Shown: in pieces, positions 49,802 through 59,157 of the stretch
Layout of the letters: each line of letters opens with the position of its first letter
Position numbering within the stretch: the first letter of the stretch is position 1
Source of the DNA: Acidobacteriota bacterium
GTDB taxonomy: Bacteria > Acidobacteriota > CAIWXX01
Length of the DNA stretch: 64,000 nucleotides
Direction of reading: 5' to 3'
Assembly (NCBI GenBank): GCA_040755995.1
Contig: JBFMAF010000037.1
Coordinates: 1-64,000 of the forward strand
Notes under the pieces: generated by a model
Databases searched by the model: none
The model's input: only the letters and a program-made list of their open reading frames with translations
Told to the model about the DNA's origin: nothing
Position numbers and translations under genes: made by a program

Positions 49802-50476
49802 TCAGTGCTCCGTGCGGGCCTGGATTTCAGCCTCGGACTTGCGCAGGTACAGAGGCTCGAGTTGCTCGGGCGTGACTCCACAGCCGGACACGAGGATCTC
49901 GTGCGCAATCCGGACGACTTCCGGCGCGATCGGCGGGATCGAGATGAACTCGACCTCGTCGGCGGGGCCGCGCGTGCGCGCGCAGAGATCCGAGCCCGTG
50001 CCGGCGATGACTCCGCCCGATGCCAGCCGCAGCAGCTCGACGGGGCTTGCTGCTGCGGGCTCGTGCGTACGGCGAATCGCTCCGCCGGAGCTCGCGTAGA
50101 GCGCGAAATACACCTCGCCCTTCTTCGCGTCGACGGCGGGGGCGAGGAGTTTGCCGGGCCTGAGCGCCGCCATGCCGCGCGCCATCGCGTCCAGGCTGAC
50201 GACCGGCGCACACGGCTTCCTGCCGGCTGCGGCAAGCCCTTTGACCGTAGCAATGCCGATGCGCAGGCCGGTGAACGATCCTGGGCCGATCACGATGCCG
50301 TATCCCTCGACACTCGACGCCGCCACACCCGCCTCCTTCAGCAATCGGTCGACGCTGCGCAGCAGCCATAGCGAGTGCGACTCGCCAGGATTGCCGGCCA
50401 GCGCAAGGATCTCGCCGTCGCGGGCGAGTGCGACCGAGCCCGATTGTGTGGATGTGTCAACCGCGAGGATCAGCAT
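49802..50476 (-). CDS. tsaB: tRNA t6A biosynthesis protein TsaB
   Basis: ILAVDTS, GPGSFTGLRIG, DAKKGEVY and PLYLR. Confidence 0.95.
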   Translation of the reverse strand: MLILAVDTSTQSGSVALARDGEILALAGNPGESHSLWLLRSVDRLLKEAGVAASSVEGYGIVIGPGSFTGLRIGIATVKGLAAAGRKPCAPVVSLDAMARGMAALRPGKLLAPAVDAKKGEVYFALYASSGGAIRRTHEPAAASPVELLRLASGGVIAGTGSDLCARTRGPADEVEFISIPPIAPEVVRIAHEILVSGCGVTPEQLEPLYLRKSEAEIQARTEH

Positions 50477-50726
50477 ACTCCGCGAAGTTACCACGCGCGG
50501 CATCGAGCGTCAAAGGCCGGCTTTTTCCTCGCGGCATGAAGGCTGCTCGGCACATGTTGCGCGCAAGAGGCAAAGAGGGCGCGGACACGGGGACGCGGAG
50601 ACGCGTAAACGCGGAAACCAGGCCCCGATGTCCATCACGGATCGCTCAGATCTTGGCTGAACTGCAAATCGGGCGAAGTCCTATTGTGGAGCCGTGATGC
50701 GCTGCTGTAGAATAGGGACCGTCCTT

Positions 50727-52295
50727 ATGAAACGCTGCATACTTCTTCTGGTGCCGTTCCTGGCCCTGTCTTCCGCCGAGGCGATGAGCCTGCTTGACTG
50801 GTTCGATTCGATCGGTGGCTCGCTGGCCGAGGGCCGGGCACCATGGGTGCTTCTCCAACCGCCGCTGCAGAAGCCGCCGCTCGTGTACTGCCTGGAGCCG
50901 ATGACGAGCGCCGATCTGCCACCGGCCGGAACCTACGTCTTCCGTTTCGGGGAGATCGAGGAGGCCCGCGTGGTCGAAGGGCAGGACACAAAGACTGGCG
51001 TCCCGTACTTGCTGCTCGTGAGTACCACCCTCCCACGCAGGGTCTTCGCCGCACAACCGCTGATGCTCAAGGCCGAGGCGCGTGTTCTGGTTGTGGCGGA
51101 GAATCTCGCCGTCACACCCGATCCCCGAGTCCTGGCGGTGAGCGATATCAGCCCCGGAGAGCTGTCCAACCGCAACTTTACGATTCTCGACGGCGCGGGG
51201 GTCCGGACTGCCCGCGATATCGGGCGGGAAGAGCTGTTCCAGCGACCCGCAAGCCAGACCGACGAGTACCTGGCTCTACCCGGCACGCTCGGGTTTCCGT
51301 TGCAGATGGCGTACTACCACCTCACGGAGACGCGGCGGAGGCTCGCGGCCTGGGGAATCCGAGTCCCGGCCGCCCAGGCCGATGTGTACGTGAACCTCGC
51401 CGGGATGCAGCGCGGGCTGTACCAGCGGCGCGCGCCGCTCGTTCTCGCTTTCGGCGAGAACCAGGCGAGCGACGCCGACATCCTCGTGCACGAGTACGGC
51501 CATGCCGTTGCTGACAACGTAAACGCTCACCTCATGATCGAGGGCGAGAGCCAGTTCGCCGCGGCCATCCATGAGGCCTACGGCGATTTCCTGGCATCCG
51601 CCATGGCCGGCAACCCACGTATAGGCGAGTGGGGCGGCCGTCCCATGCGCATGATCCAGAATCGCGCGCGCTACCCCAACGGATGTATCGATCCGAAGCT
51701 CGGGAGATTCGATCCGTACACGGCGAGCCGCGTGGTGTCGGGGCTCTTCTACGATATCGCGAAGAAGGCCGGCGCGCGGCCGGCGGCCGGGCTTTTCACG
51801 GACGCAGTCCGCAGACTGCCTCCGTCACCGACCTTCGCCGACCTTCGAATCGCGACCATAGAGGCGGCGCGCCCCCTCGGGCTCGACGGTGTGGCCGATC
51901 TCTTCACCGCGCGTGGGATCGGCCCGGGCTGGCAGGGCAACGAGCTTTCGTATCTTGTGGGCGAGAAGCTCACCGTACGCGATGACAAAGGACGCGAGGC
52001 GGAGCGGTTCGATCGGCGCAGCCAGATCGAGGTGGTCGTCGAAGGCGAGGCGCGGTCGGTGCGCCCGGGGTACAACCTCGTTTCGGACCTGGAGCTGGCC
52101 GGCCCGCCAGGTCTCGAAAACTCGGCGGTGCTCTTCAACGGCCGGTGGCCGGCTGCCGACGGACAGGTCGTAGCACCGCTCGGCCACATCGTGCTGCGCG
52201 ACGCACCTCCCGGCAGCTACCAGGTGCGCGTGCGCGTGAAGATCGGTGGAAATCCGCGCGTGTACTACCTGTTTCGGAATTTCACGGTCGCCTGA
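50727..52295 (+). CDS. Secreted gluzincin metallopeptidase (M4/M36-like)
   Basis: Signal peptide; DILVHEYGH followed by AIHEAYGD. Confidence 0.75.
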   Translation: MKRCILLLVPFLALSSAEAMSLLDWFDSIGGSLAEGRAPWVLLQPPLQKPPLVYCLEPMTSADLPPAGTYVFRFGEIEEARVVEGQDTKTGVPYLLLVSTTLPRRVFAAQPLMLKAEARVLVVAENLAVTPDPRVLAVSDISPGELSNRNFTILDGAGVRTARDIGREELFQRPASQTDEYLALPGTLGFPLQMAYYHLTETRRRLAAWGIRVPAAQADVYVNLAGMQRGLYQRRAPLVLAFGENQASDADILVHEYGHAVADNVNAHLMIEGESQFAAAIHEAYGDFLASAMAGNPRIGEWGGRPMRMIQNRARYPNGCIDPKLGRFDPYTASRVVSGLFYDIAKKAGARPAAGLFTDAVRRLPPSPTFADLRIATIEAARPLGLDGVADLFTARGIGPGWQGNELSYLVGEKLTVRDDKGREAERFDRRSQIEVVVEGEARSVRPGYNLVSDLELAGPPGLENSAVLFNGRWPAADGQVVAPLGHIVLRDAPPGSYQVRVRVKIGGNPRVYYLFRNFTVA

Positions 52296-52336
52296 TGTAC
52301 AGCGCGACATGAGTCGCGCTGTATAGCGATCCCGGC

Positions 52337-52672
52337 CTATCCGATTATCTCGTTGAGGCCGTCGACGATGTGATCGAGGATCTCGGGTGAGACACGGCCG
52401 AGCTTCTTGCCCAGCCGCCGTGTGCTCAGCGTGCGCACCTGGCTGATCTTGACCCACGATCTCTTCGGCAGCCAACTGACGTGCAGTTCGCAGGTAAGAG
52501 GGAACTCCGCTTTCTGTGTCTGGCTGCTCAGCGCCATGGCGACGACGGTGCCAGACCGCTCATTGAAGACATCGTGGCTGAGGACAAGCACGGGACGCTT
52601 TCCAGACTGCTCCTGCCCCGTTGTCGAATCCAGGTCTGCCCACACCACATCTCCTCTCAATACTGCGGCCAT
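52337..52672 (-). CDS. mazF: PemK/MazF family toxin
   Basis: RGDVVWADL...[14 protein letters not shown]...FN and QVRTLS..RL. Confidence 0.92.
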   Translation of the reverse strand: MAAVLRGDVVWADLDSTTGQEQSGKRPVLVLSHDVFNERSGTVVAMALSSQTQKAEFPLTCELHVSWLPKRSWVKISQVRTLSTRRLGKKLGRVSPEILDHIVDGLNEIIG

Positions 52673-52899
52673 TCCGAAATCTCCGCTGAGAGGCCGATCT
52701 CCGCCAGCTCTCGCTCTTCGCTCGGATCCAGCTTCGCGCACTCCCGAGCAAGGCGGCTCCGATCAAGCCTCGCCAGCTTCTCTTCGACAGCCTCCTGGAT
52801 CAGCCGGCTGCGGCTCGGATAGAGCGATTTCTGAACAAGTCGGTCCACGCGTTTGAGGACACTCTCCTGAATGGTCACCGCCACTTTCGCGACGCTCAT
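52657..52899 (-). CDS. CopG/RHH antitoxin
   Basis: KVAVTI...VDRLV....[11 protein letters not shown]...[11 protein letters not shown]; overlaps the toxin start. Confidence 0.9.
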   Translation of the reverse strand: MSVAKVAVTIQESVLKRVDRLVQKSLYPSRSRLIQEAVEEKLARLDRSRLARECAKLDPSEERELAEIGLSAEISEWPQY

Positions 52900-52917
52900 C
52901 GAACACCCCCTCTATTA

Positions 52918-52953
52918 GTATGACAACCTATCATACCCGTGCTACAGCGTCAA
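52918..52953 (-). promoter_or_regulatory. TA promoter/operator
   Basis: TTGACG-N17-TAGGTT overlapped by the palindrome GTATGA-N7-TCATAC. Confidence 0.65.
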
Positions 52954-53127
52954 GAGATCTCATCCACCTCCACCCCCAAGTAGAGAGCGGGCGGCATCCT
53001 CCCGTTGTCGGCTTTTCTGGCAGTGCTCTATGCTGCCGAGCAGCACCGACTCCGCGCCGGACAGGTTACAATGCGTCCAGGAGCAGGAATGCCCGGATAG
53101 GCGACCCCGCGCTTCGATGGAGCCAGC

Positions 53128-54501
53128 TCACTCCACCGGCGCCTCCTCGATCAGGCCCGCGGCCGCCTCCTTCTTCCCTAGCCGCGCGCGGCGTTTTTCG
53201 AAATCGGTGAGATAACGAGCGAGCCTGGAATCGTCGCGGCCCAGGTCGCGCAGCCGCTCGATGCGGATGAGCGCGTCCTCGACCACCGCTAGCGCGTCGG
53301 CGAAGCGCTTTTCGTGATGCTCGAGCTGGATGGCCATCTGCTGCAGGAACTCGATTGCCGCTTCGCCGTCCTCCTGCGCTCCCTCGCGCCAGAGCGCCAT
53401 GGCCCGGTCCCGTTTCCCGGCCCGCCGATGCATCAGCGACGCGCGCCTGATCGCACGCACCTTCCGCTCAGCGTCGACGCCGCCCTCGATGGCCTCCGTG
53501 AAGAGTGTTGCCGACTCCTCGTACTTTTCTCTACGTTCGTAGAAGAATGCGAGGCCCAGCGCGTCGCGCGTATCCTTCAAGTATGCCTGGGTTCTTCCTG
53601 CCACCAGATCGTGGCAGACAACCGTCAGGCACATCAGCGAGACGATGTCGAGGCGGTTGTGATGGAAGACCCTGGAGATCCAGTACGGGTTGCGGGTCCT
53701 GAGGTAGCGGAAGTAGACGTTCGGGATCTCGGCCCCCGGAATGTCCCCGTGGCGCTCGACGCCGAGCAGGTCGTACTCGAGGCTCTTCAGCGAACAGCTC
53801 TCCAGGCGTTCGCGCCAGATCTGGCGCGCGGGATAGAGGAGGTCGAGGTGGGGGAGGAGGCTGAGGCGGGTGCGGCGCCGCGCAAGCACGTTGCGCCCCT
53901 CGAACAGCGGCAGGTCGAACGCCCGGCCGTTGAATGTGACCACCGCATCGAAGCGGGCTGCGAACGCCTCGACGTTGTCGAGAATGTCGATCTCGTCGCT
54001 GAACTCGCGCATGAAGTGCTGCCGGACGCGGAACTCCTCGCCCTCGAAGTAGCCCAGCCCGACCATGAATGCGTAGTTGGAGCTGCCAGGCGATAGGCCG
54101 GTGGTCTCGAGATCAAAGTAGGCGACCCGAGAGGGATCGATGCCTCTGAAGGAATCGTCGCGGCTGATTAGCGCGAGTGTGTCGCCGGAAAGATCGAGCC
54201 CTGCGCCGACTCGGATCCGGCCGTGGTACGAATCGATCGGGAAGGGACATTCGGCCGCCGCTCCGCCGGCGAAAATGTCCGGCAGGAACGCCGTGTCGGC
54301 GGGAGTGTCCGGCTGATCGGCCTCGCCTGCCCAGGCGGCATCCTCATCCGATGGCCGAAGCGTGCGACGGCGCGGCCTGGATGCAGCCGCCGCGGCGGTA
54401 CGCTGGAGGAGCCTCTCCAGCTTCTCCCTGACGCTCCCGGACTCCTCCTCCCGTATCCGCCTCCACTGGTCCTCGATCGGCGGCTTCTTCTGCTCAGGCA
54501 C
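53128..54501 (-). CDS. YprB/MrfB-like RNase H-fold exonuclease with TPRs
   Basis: FDLETTGL, VTFNGRAFDLP, HLDLLYPAR and HNRLDIVSL; C-terminal TPR-like helices. Confidence 0.88.
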   Translation of the reverse strand: MPEQKKPPIEDQWRRIREEESGSVREKLERLLQRTAAAAASRPRRRTLRPSDEDAAWAGEADQPDTPADTAFLPDIFAGGAAAECPFPIDSYHGRIRVGAGLDLSGDTLALISRDDSFRGIDPSRVAYFDLETTGLSPGSSNYAFMVGLGYFEGEEFRVRQHFMREFSDEIDILDNVEAFAARFDAVVTFNGRAFDLPLFEGRNVLARRRTRLSLLPHLDLLYPARQIWRERLESCSLKSLEYDLLGVERHGDIPGAEIPNVYFRYLRTRNPYWISRVFHHNRLDIVSLMCLTVVCHDLVAGRTQAYLKDTRDALGLAFFYERREKYEESATLFTEAIEGGVDAERKVRAIRRASLMHRRAGKRDRAMALWREGAQEDGEAAIEFLQQMAIQLEHHEKRFADALAVVEDALIRIERLRDLGRDDSRLARYLTDFEKRRARLGKKEAAAGLIEEAPVE

Positions 54502-54518
54502 GGCTGCGCATCCTGGTA

Positions 54519-54992
54519 TCAGACCTCGTTGTTCTCCCCTTCCAGGAGTCGCAGCGACGGAAAGTAGTTCCTGTAGAGTCCGCGCATGTCACGCGTCACC
54601 AGGGCATCTGCCCGCACCAGCGCATGCGCCCCGATCAAGAAATCCGCGATCAGCGGCTTGCGCACATCGACACGCCTGCCGCATTCGCAGCGCGCAGAGA
54701 TCCAGAGCCGGCGCTTGCGCTTGTCGCCTGCATACTGGAGCCAGGCCGATCCGGCCGCATGGCCCGTTTCCTCGTCAATCGGCTCGACGGTGAAGCCCGT
54801 CTCCTGGCAGAACCGGACCAGGCCACGCTCGTCGCCGCCGAAGGCCGCGTACAGCTCGGCATAGACAACCGGACACATCACCAATGCGCCGGCACCCTTG
54901 GCATGGTCCAAGAGTCCCTTCGAGGCCTCGGTGAAAGCAGCGTCCGGCAAAAGGATATCGAGCAGCACGTTGGTATCGACAGCGAATCTCAC
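54519..54992 (-). CDS. PIN domain (VapC) toxin
   Basis: VDTNVLLD, VVYAEL, IADFLIGAHA and LVTRD. Confidence 0.92.
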   Translation of the reverse strand: MRFAVDTNVLLDILLPDAAFTEASKGLLDHAKGAGALVMCPVVYAELYAAFGGDERGLVRFCQETGFTVEPIDEETGHAAGSAWLQYAGDKRKRRLWISARCECGRRVDVRKPLIADFLIGAHALVRADALVTRDMRGLYRNYFPSLRLLEGENNEV

Positions 54993-55225
54993 CGGTCCTC
55001 TCCGCGCATCGCGTCCACGAGATCGTCCGACCTGCGGCCCTTCAGGTGCGAGAGAGCCCCGACCCAACGATCGAACACCGACTTCTGCGCCGCCTTCCGC
55101 AGCGTGTACCCGCCGCGCTTGTCACGCCTGAGCTCCACACGGTCGCCTGCACGCAGCCCCAGCTCGTCGCGAATCTGCTTCGGCAGAGTCATCTGCCCCT
55201 TTACCGTCAAGGTCGCATGTGCCAT
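54989..55225 (-). CDS. AbrB/MazE family antitoxin
   Basis: ATLTVKGQMTLPKQIRDELGL.AGDRV. Confidence 0.92.
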   Translation of the reverse strand: MAHATLTVKGQMTLPKQIRDELGLRAGDRVELRRDKRGGYTLRKAAQKSVFDRWVGALSHLKGRRSDDLVDAMRGEDR

Positions 55226-55227
55226 GC

Positions 55228-55271
55228 CTTACCTCCTCGGTAAGTCTAACGTCTCCTTACTCACACGTCAA
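55228..55271 (-). promoter_or_regulatory. TA promoter/operator
   Basis: TTGACG-N17-TAGACT with CTTAC/GTAAG half-sites at 55228, 55240 and 55256. Confidence 0.6.
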
Positions 55272-55417
55272 TGACGATTTCCTCGATGGGTGCTTAGCGG
55301 ATCTGGAGGGTTTGGCCGCCGCTCCCTAGTCGTACCCGCACCCGTTCCCGACCCACACTTCTCCGCTACGCGAGCGGCTACGGGCATGATCGTTAGATTC
55401 GTTTTGCCCCCGGCGCC

Positions 55418-57802
55418 TCACCCGTCGGGTGCCTGGCCCAGGCGCGTGAGAATCTCCGCGACCATTCGCTTGAGATCGTGGGACGGGTTGACTTGCGGGC
55501 CGATGCACGATGGGCAGCCCCCGGCGCACTCGCACGTGCGAACGACTGCGAGCGCCTCCTGCTGCAGCTTCGGCGCGAACCGGTGCAGCGGTTCGCTGAG
55601 GCCTATGCCGCCGGGGTAGTTGTCGAAGATGAAGACGACCGGCTCGAAGCTCCCGGGCGTGGCCTCCGCCTGCCGCCAGCCGGGCTGCCGGAGCGGCGCC
55701 TGGGTGCGGTTGTCGCAGACGGCTTCGTCCAGGTCGCGCACGTCGCACATGAGGAAGAGAGGCGCCAGGCGATGGAGCAGGTAGGCGAGGCCCCACACCG
55801 CCAGCAGCCGCTCATCGGGGCTCCCGCCGAGCGACCTCATGACGTGCTCGCTCACGCGCACCCAGTAAGAGGTCGTGTGCATCTCGATCTGAGGCAGCTG
55901 CAGGTTGCCGAATCCGACGTTCTCCATCGTGTGGAACTTGATCTTCTTGAACCCCACCACCTGCCGCGCCACATGCACCTCGCCGTGCGAGGACCGCCCG
56001 CCCGTCAGATCATTTCCGCGAAATTCCTCCAAGATTCGCACGTCCCGGTACGACACGGCATCGGTAAAATACTCGACGTCGGTCTTCTTCACGTACGCCT
56101 TCCGCTCGTCGTAGTCCATCTTTTCCACGATGTACTGCTTGCCTTCGAGCAGGTATATGGCCTTCTCGTGCAGTGTCGTCAGTGCCGACCTGAAGTCCAC
56201 CTCGGCGATCACCTGCGGCTCGTGCGTCTGGTCCACGACGACGAAGTTGTCCGAGCTGATCGAGCGCAGGCTCACGGCGTCTGCGGGGTATGCCTCTTGC
56301 ACCCAGTAGTACTTCCCCTGGTTCAGGTGAAGGAAACCGCGCTCGCTGAGCATCGCGAGGATCTCGCGCAGATCGCGTCTGCCGAAGCGCTCATCGACCT
56401 CGATCGGCAGCTCGAAGGCTGCGCACTTGAGATGGTCGAGGAAGATGTTCAGGTTGTCGGGGTTTATCAGCCCCATCTCGGGGTTCTGAGAAAAGAAGTA
56501 GGCCGGGTGGTTGATGATGAACTGATCGAGCGGGCTGGAGCTTGCCACGAGCAGCGCGAGCGACGGCGATCCGCGCCGCCCGCAGCGGCCCGCCTGCTGC
56601 CAGGTCGACGTGATCGTTCCCGGATAGCCGGCCATGATCGAGACGTCGAGCTGTCCGACGTCTATGCCGAGCTCCAGCGCGTTGGTAGACACGACACCGC
56701 GGATCTCGCCGTTGCGCAGCCCGGTCTCGATCTCGCGCCTGCGCTTCGGCAGGTAGCCGCCGCGGTAGCCGCGCACGCTGTCTGTGTCGAGCAGCCCCTT
56801 TTCGACGTCCTCCTTGAGGTACCTCAGCAGGACCTCGGTGTTCAGCCGGCTGCCGGTGAAGATGATCGTCTGGAAGCCGTTCTTGATCAGGCGCGACGCC
56901 AGCGACCGGGATTCCTGGACGTATGACCGCCGTATCCCGAGCTCGCGATCGACCACCGGCGGGTTGTAGAAGACGAAGTACTTCTCGGCGGCCGGCGCTC
57001 CGTTCTGCTCGACAAGCTCGACCTCGTCCTCGAGCATCGCCGCTGCCAGCTCGCGCGGATTGGCGATAGTGGCCGACGAACAGATGAACAGCGGGTTACT
57101 GCCGTAAAAGCGGCAGAGCCGCTTCAGGCGCCGGAAGATGTTGCAGAGATGGCTTCCGAAGATCCCCCGGTAGTAGTGCAGCTCGTCGACTACCACGAAC
57201 TGCAGGTTCTCGAAGAACCTCGCCCACTTCGTGTGGCACGGGAGGATGCCCGTGTGGAGCATGTCGGGGTTGGTGAGGGCAATCTGCGCATCCGAACGGA
57301 TGGCCTTGCGCGCATCACTCGGAGTGTCGCCGTCGTAAGTGTGAGTCTTGACGCGCGAAGGCAGCAGGTCGCTCAGCCGCTTCAGCTCCGCCAGCTGATC
57401 CTGCGCCAGCGCCTTCGTCGGAAACAGATAGAAGGCGCGACTCGACGGGTCCTTGAGTATCCTGTCGATCACGGGCAGGTTGTAGCAGAGTGTCTTGCCG
57501 GATGCGGTCGGCGTCACGACCACAAGGTGCTTGCCTGCATTCGCGGCTTCGAGCGCGAGGCGCTGGTGGATGTACAGCTTCTCGATGCCCCGCCGCCTCA
57601 GCGCCTCTACCAGGTCGCCATGCAGAAACTCCGGGAATTCAGCGAACTCCCCGTCTCTGGCCGGGATCTTGCGGATTGCCGTGATCCGCCCGGACCTCGC
57701 GTATCGATCCTCCAGATCGCGCACGGCGTCGGCGAGCGAGTCCATTTGCGAGTAGAGGCTCAGCTGCGATTCCGACCCCTTGTCAGGTTGGTCAGCCATC
57801 AC
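55418..57802 (-). CDS. YprA/MrfA-like DEAH helicase with DUF1998 Zn domain
   Basis: TPTASGKT, DELH, SATIAN, QQAGRCGR and the C-terminal CEC.GGCPSC. Confidence 0.93.
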   Translation of the reverse strand: MMADQPDKGSESQLSLYSQMDSLADAVRDLEDRYARSGRITAIRKIPARDGEFAEFPEFLHGDLVEALRRRGIEKLYIHQRLALEAANAGKHLVVVTPTASGKTLCYNLPVIDRILKDPSSRAFYLFPTKALAQDQLAELKRLSDLLPSRVKTHTYDGDTPSDARKAIRSDAQIALTNPDMLHTGILPCHTKWARFFENLQFVVVDELHYYRGIFGSHLCNIFRRLKRLCRFYGSNPLFICSSATIANPRELAAAMLEDEVELVEQNGAPAAEKYFVFYNPPVVDRELGIRRSYVQESRSLASRLIKNGFQTIIFTGSRLNTEVLLRYLKEDVEKGLLDTDSVRGYRGGYLPKRRREIETGLRNGEIRGVVSTNALELGIDVGQLDVSIMAGYPGTITSTWQQAGRCGRRGSPSLALLVASSSPLDQFIINHPAYFFSQNPEMGLINPDNLNIFLDHLKCAAFELPIEVDERFGRRDLREILAMLSERGFLHLNQGKYYWVQEAYPADAVSLRSISSDNFVVVDQTHEPQVIAEVDFRSALTTLHEKAIYLLEGKQYIVEKMDYDERKAYVKKTDVEYFTDAVSYRDVRILEEFRGNDLTGGRSSHGEVHVARQVVGFKKIKFHTMENVGFGNLQLPQIEMHTTSYWVRVSEHVMRSLGGSPDERLLAVWGLAYLLHRLAPLFLMCDVRDLDEAVCDNRTQAPLRQPGWRQAEATPGSFEPVVFIFDNYPGGIGLSEPLHRFAPKLQQEALAVVRTCECAGGCPSCIGPQVNPSHDLKRMVAEILTRLGQAPDG

Positions 57803-57819
57803 AAGCTATTATAAGTCAC

Positions 57820-57900
57820 AATGCAAAGTGTAGAATGCAAAATGAAGTATCTAGGCGCTAACGCGCCTAAAGTACGAAGTGCGAAGTACAAAATGCAAAA
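57820..57900. repeat. Heptamer tracts (AATGCAA/AGTACGA) flanking a hairpin
   Basis: aatgcaa-agtgtag-aatgcaa-aatgaag, then TAGGCGC-TAAC-GCGCCTA, then agtacga-agtgcga-agtacaa-aatgcaa. Confidence 0.75.
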
Positions 57901-58019
57901 GGGTGAGATGAGAGAGGTGTGATCTGCGTCACTCATGATTTGTGGCGGATTGTCGATAATATCCATGAATAGATATGCTAAGATCAGATAAGGAGTCTGA
58001 GCATTCGGAGGAGGGAATC

Positions 58020-59015
58020 ATGCGAGTCCTGGCGGCGGTTCTCACATTGGCTCTGGCCGGTCCGGTGCTGGCGACGGATGGCGTCGCGCAATTCTACGTT
58101 GTCTACTCGAAGGATAGCGGCGGCAATGGAAACTATAAGATGTACTACGCGCAGATGACGGGCGAGTGGAGACCGATCGTCGCGCCGAAGCTGCTCATCG
58201 ATTCCGCGACTGCGGCACACGGTTCGATCAGCAACAAGGGCAACCGGCTGACGTATGTCGAGCAGGACGCGGCCACGGGCACCTACCAGCTCTACCTCGC
58301 TTACGTCGACGCTGCCGGGAGCATCAGCGCCGGTCCATGGCGCCAGACCAGCGACATGCGTTATTCGATCCAGTACCCGACGATCACTTTCGACAAGCGC
58401 TTCGGGTTTACACGGACGCTGGCGGCAGGAGGGCCGGCCACCGAAGAGGTCATGGTCGGGACGCTGCATCGCAAGAAGAAAACCATACTGAAATGGATGA
58501 AGCCCGCCACCAGCAACGCCGTCCAGGACACGCAGTCTTTCCTGCACGGCGCCTTCAAGGGGATCTTCTATGTGCGGGATGGCAGCATCTACTTCCGCCC
58601 CGTGAATACTAACGGACCCAAGGGGGCGGAGAAGGTGGTGCTCGCAGCGAATCCTCCGTACGCCACATACGGCAATCCAGCCGTGTCCAAGATCCTGCGC
58701 TACGTGACCTACATCAAGACTGACCAGTGGGGCAACTCGAACCTGTACCGAATCATGATTGACGCATATGCGACCCCAATCGGCGCCGAAGAGCAGATGA
58801 CGTTCACCACGCTGCCGCAAAAGGTGGTCCTCGGGATGTGCTCCTCGGGGCTCGCCCAGCTCATGTGGGTCCTTGACAAGGGCAATGGCTACCAGGAGAT
58901 CTGGCGGCAGTGGTTCTACGGGAACAACCCGCCGGTCCCGGTCGCAGCGCCGGCCCTCTGGGTTTCCGGCGGATATGGCGACCGGTTCGGAAGGATCTAC
59001 ATCACGGAGCCCTGA
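58020..59015 (+). CDS. Secreted TolB-like beta-propeller protein
   Basis: Signal peptide; repeated YP.I/NPAVS...Y....G..NLY units. Confidence 0.65.
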   Translation: MRVLAAVLTLALAGPVLATDGVAQFYVVYSKDSGGNGNYKMYYAQMTGEWRPIVAPKLLIDSATAAHGSISNKGNRLTYVEQDAATGTYQLYLAYVDAAGSISAGPWRQTSDMRYSIQYPTITFDKRFGFTRTLAAGGPATEEVMVGTLHRKKKTILKWMKPATSNAVQDTQSFLHGAFKGIFYVRDGSIYFRPVNTNGPKGAEKVVLAANPPYATYGNPAVSKILRYVTYIKTDQWGNSNLYRIMIDAYATPIGAEEQMTFTTLPQKVVLGMCSSGLAQLMWVLDKGNGYQEIWRQWFYGNNPPVPVAAPALWVSGGYGDRFGRIYITEP

Positions 59016-59157
59016 AGACCCACGAGAGTCCGGTCCGGCGCGTTGTGCAAGCATATGGCGGGTGTTCCCAGGTCTGCTCTCCATGAACCCGTGGATTGTT
59101 TGCGGAATCGCGCAAGCTATTTCGCAAACGATCGGTTGAACGGGACCGCCGGGCGTA

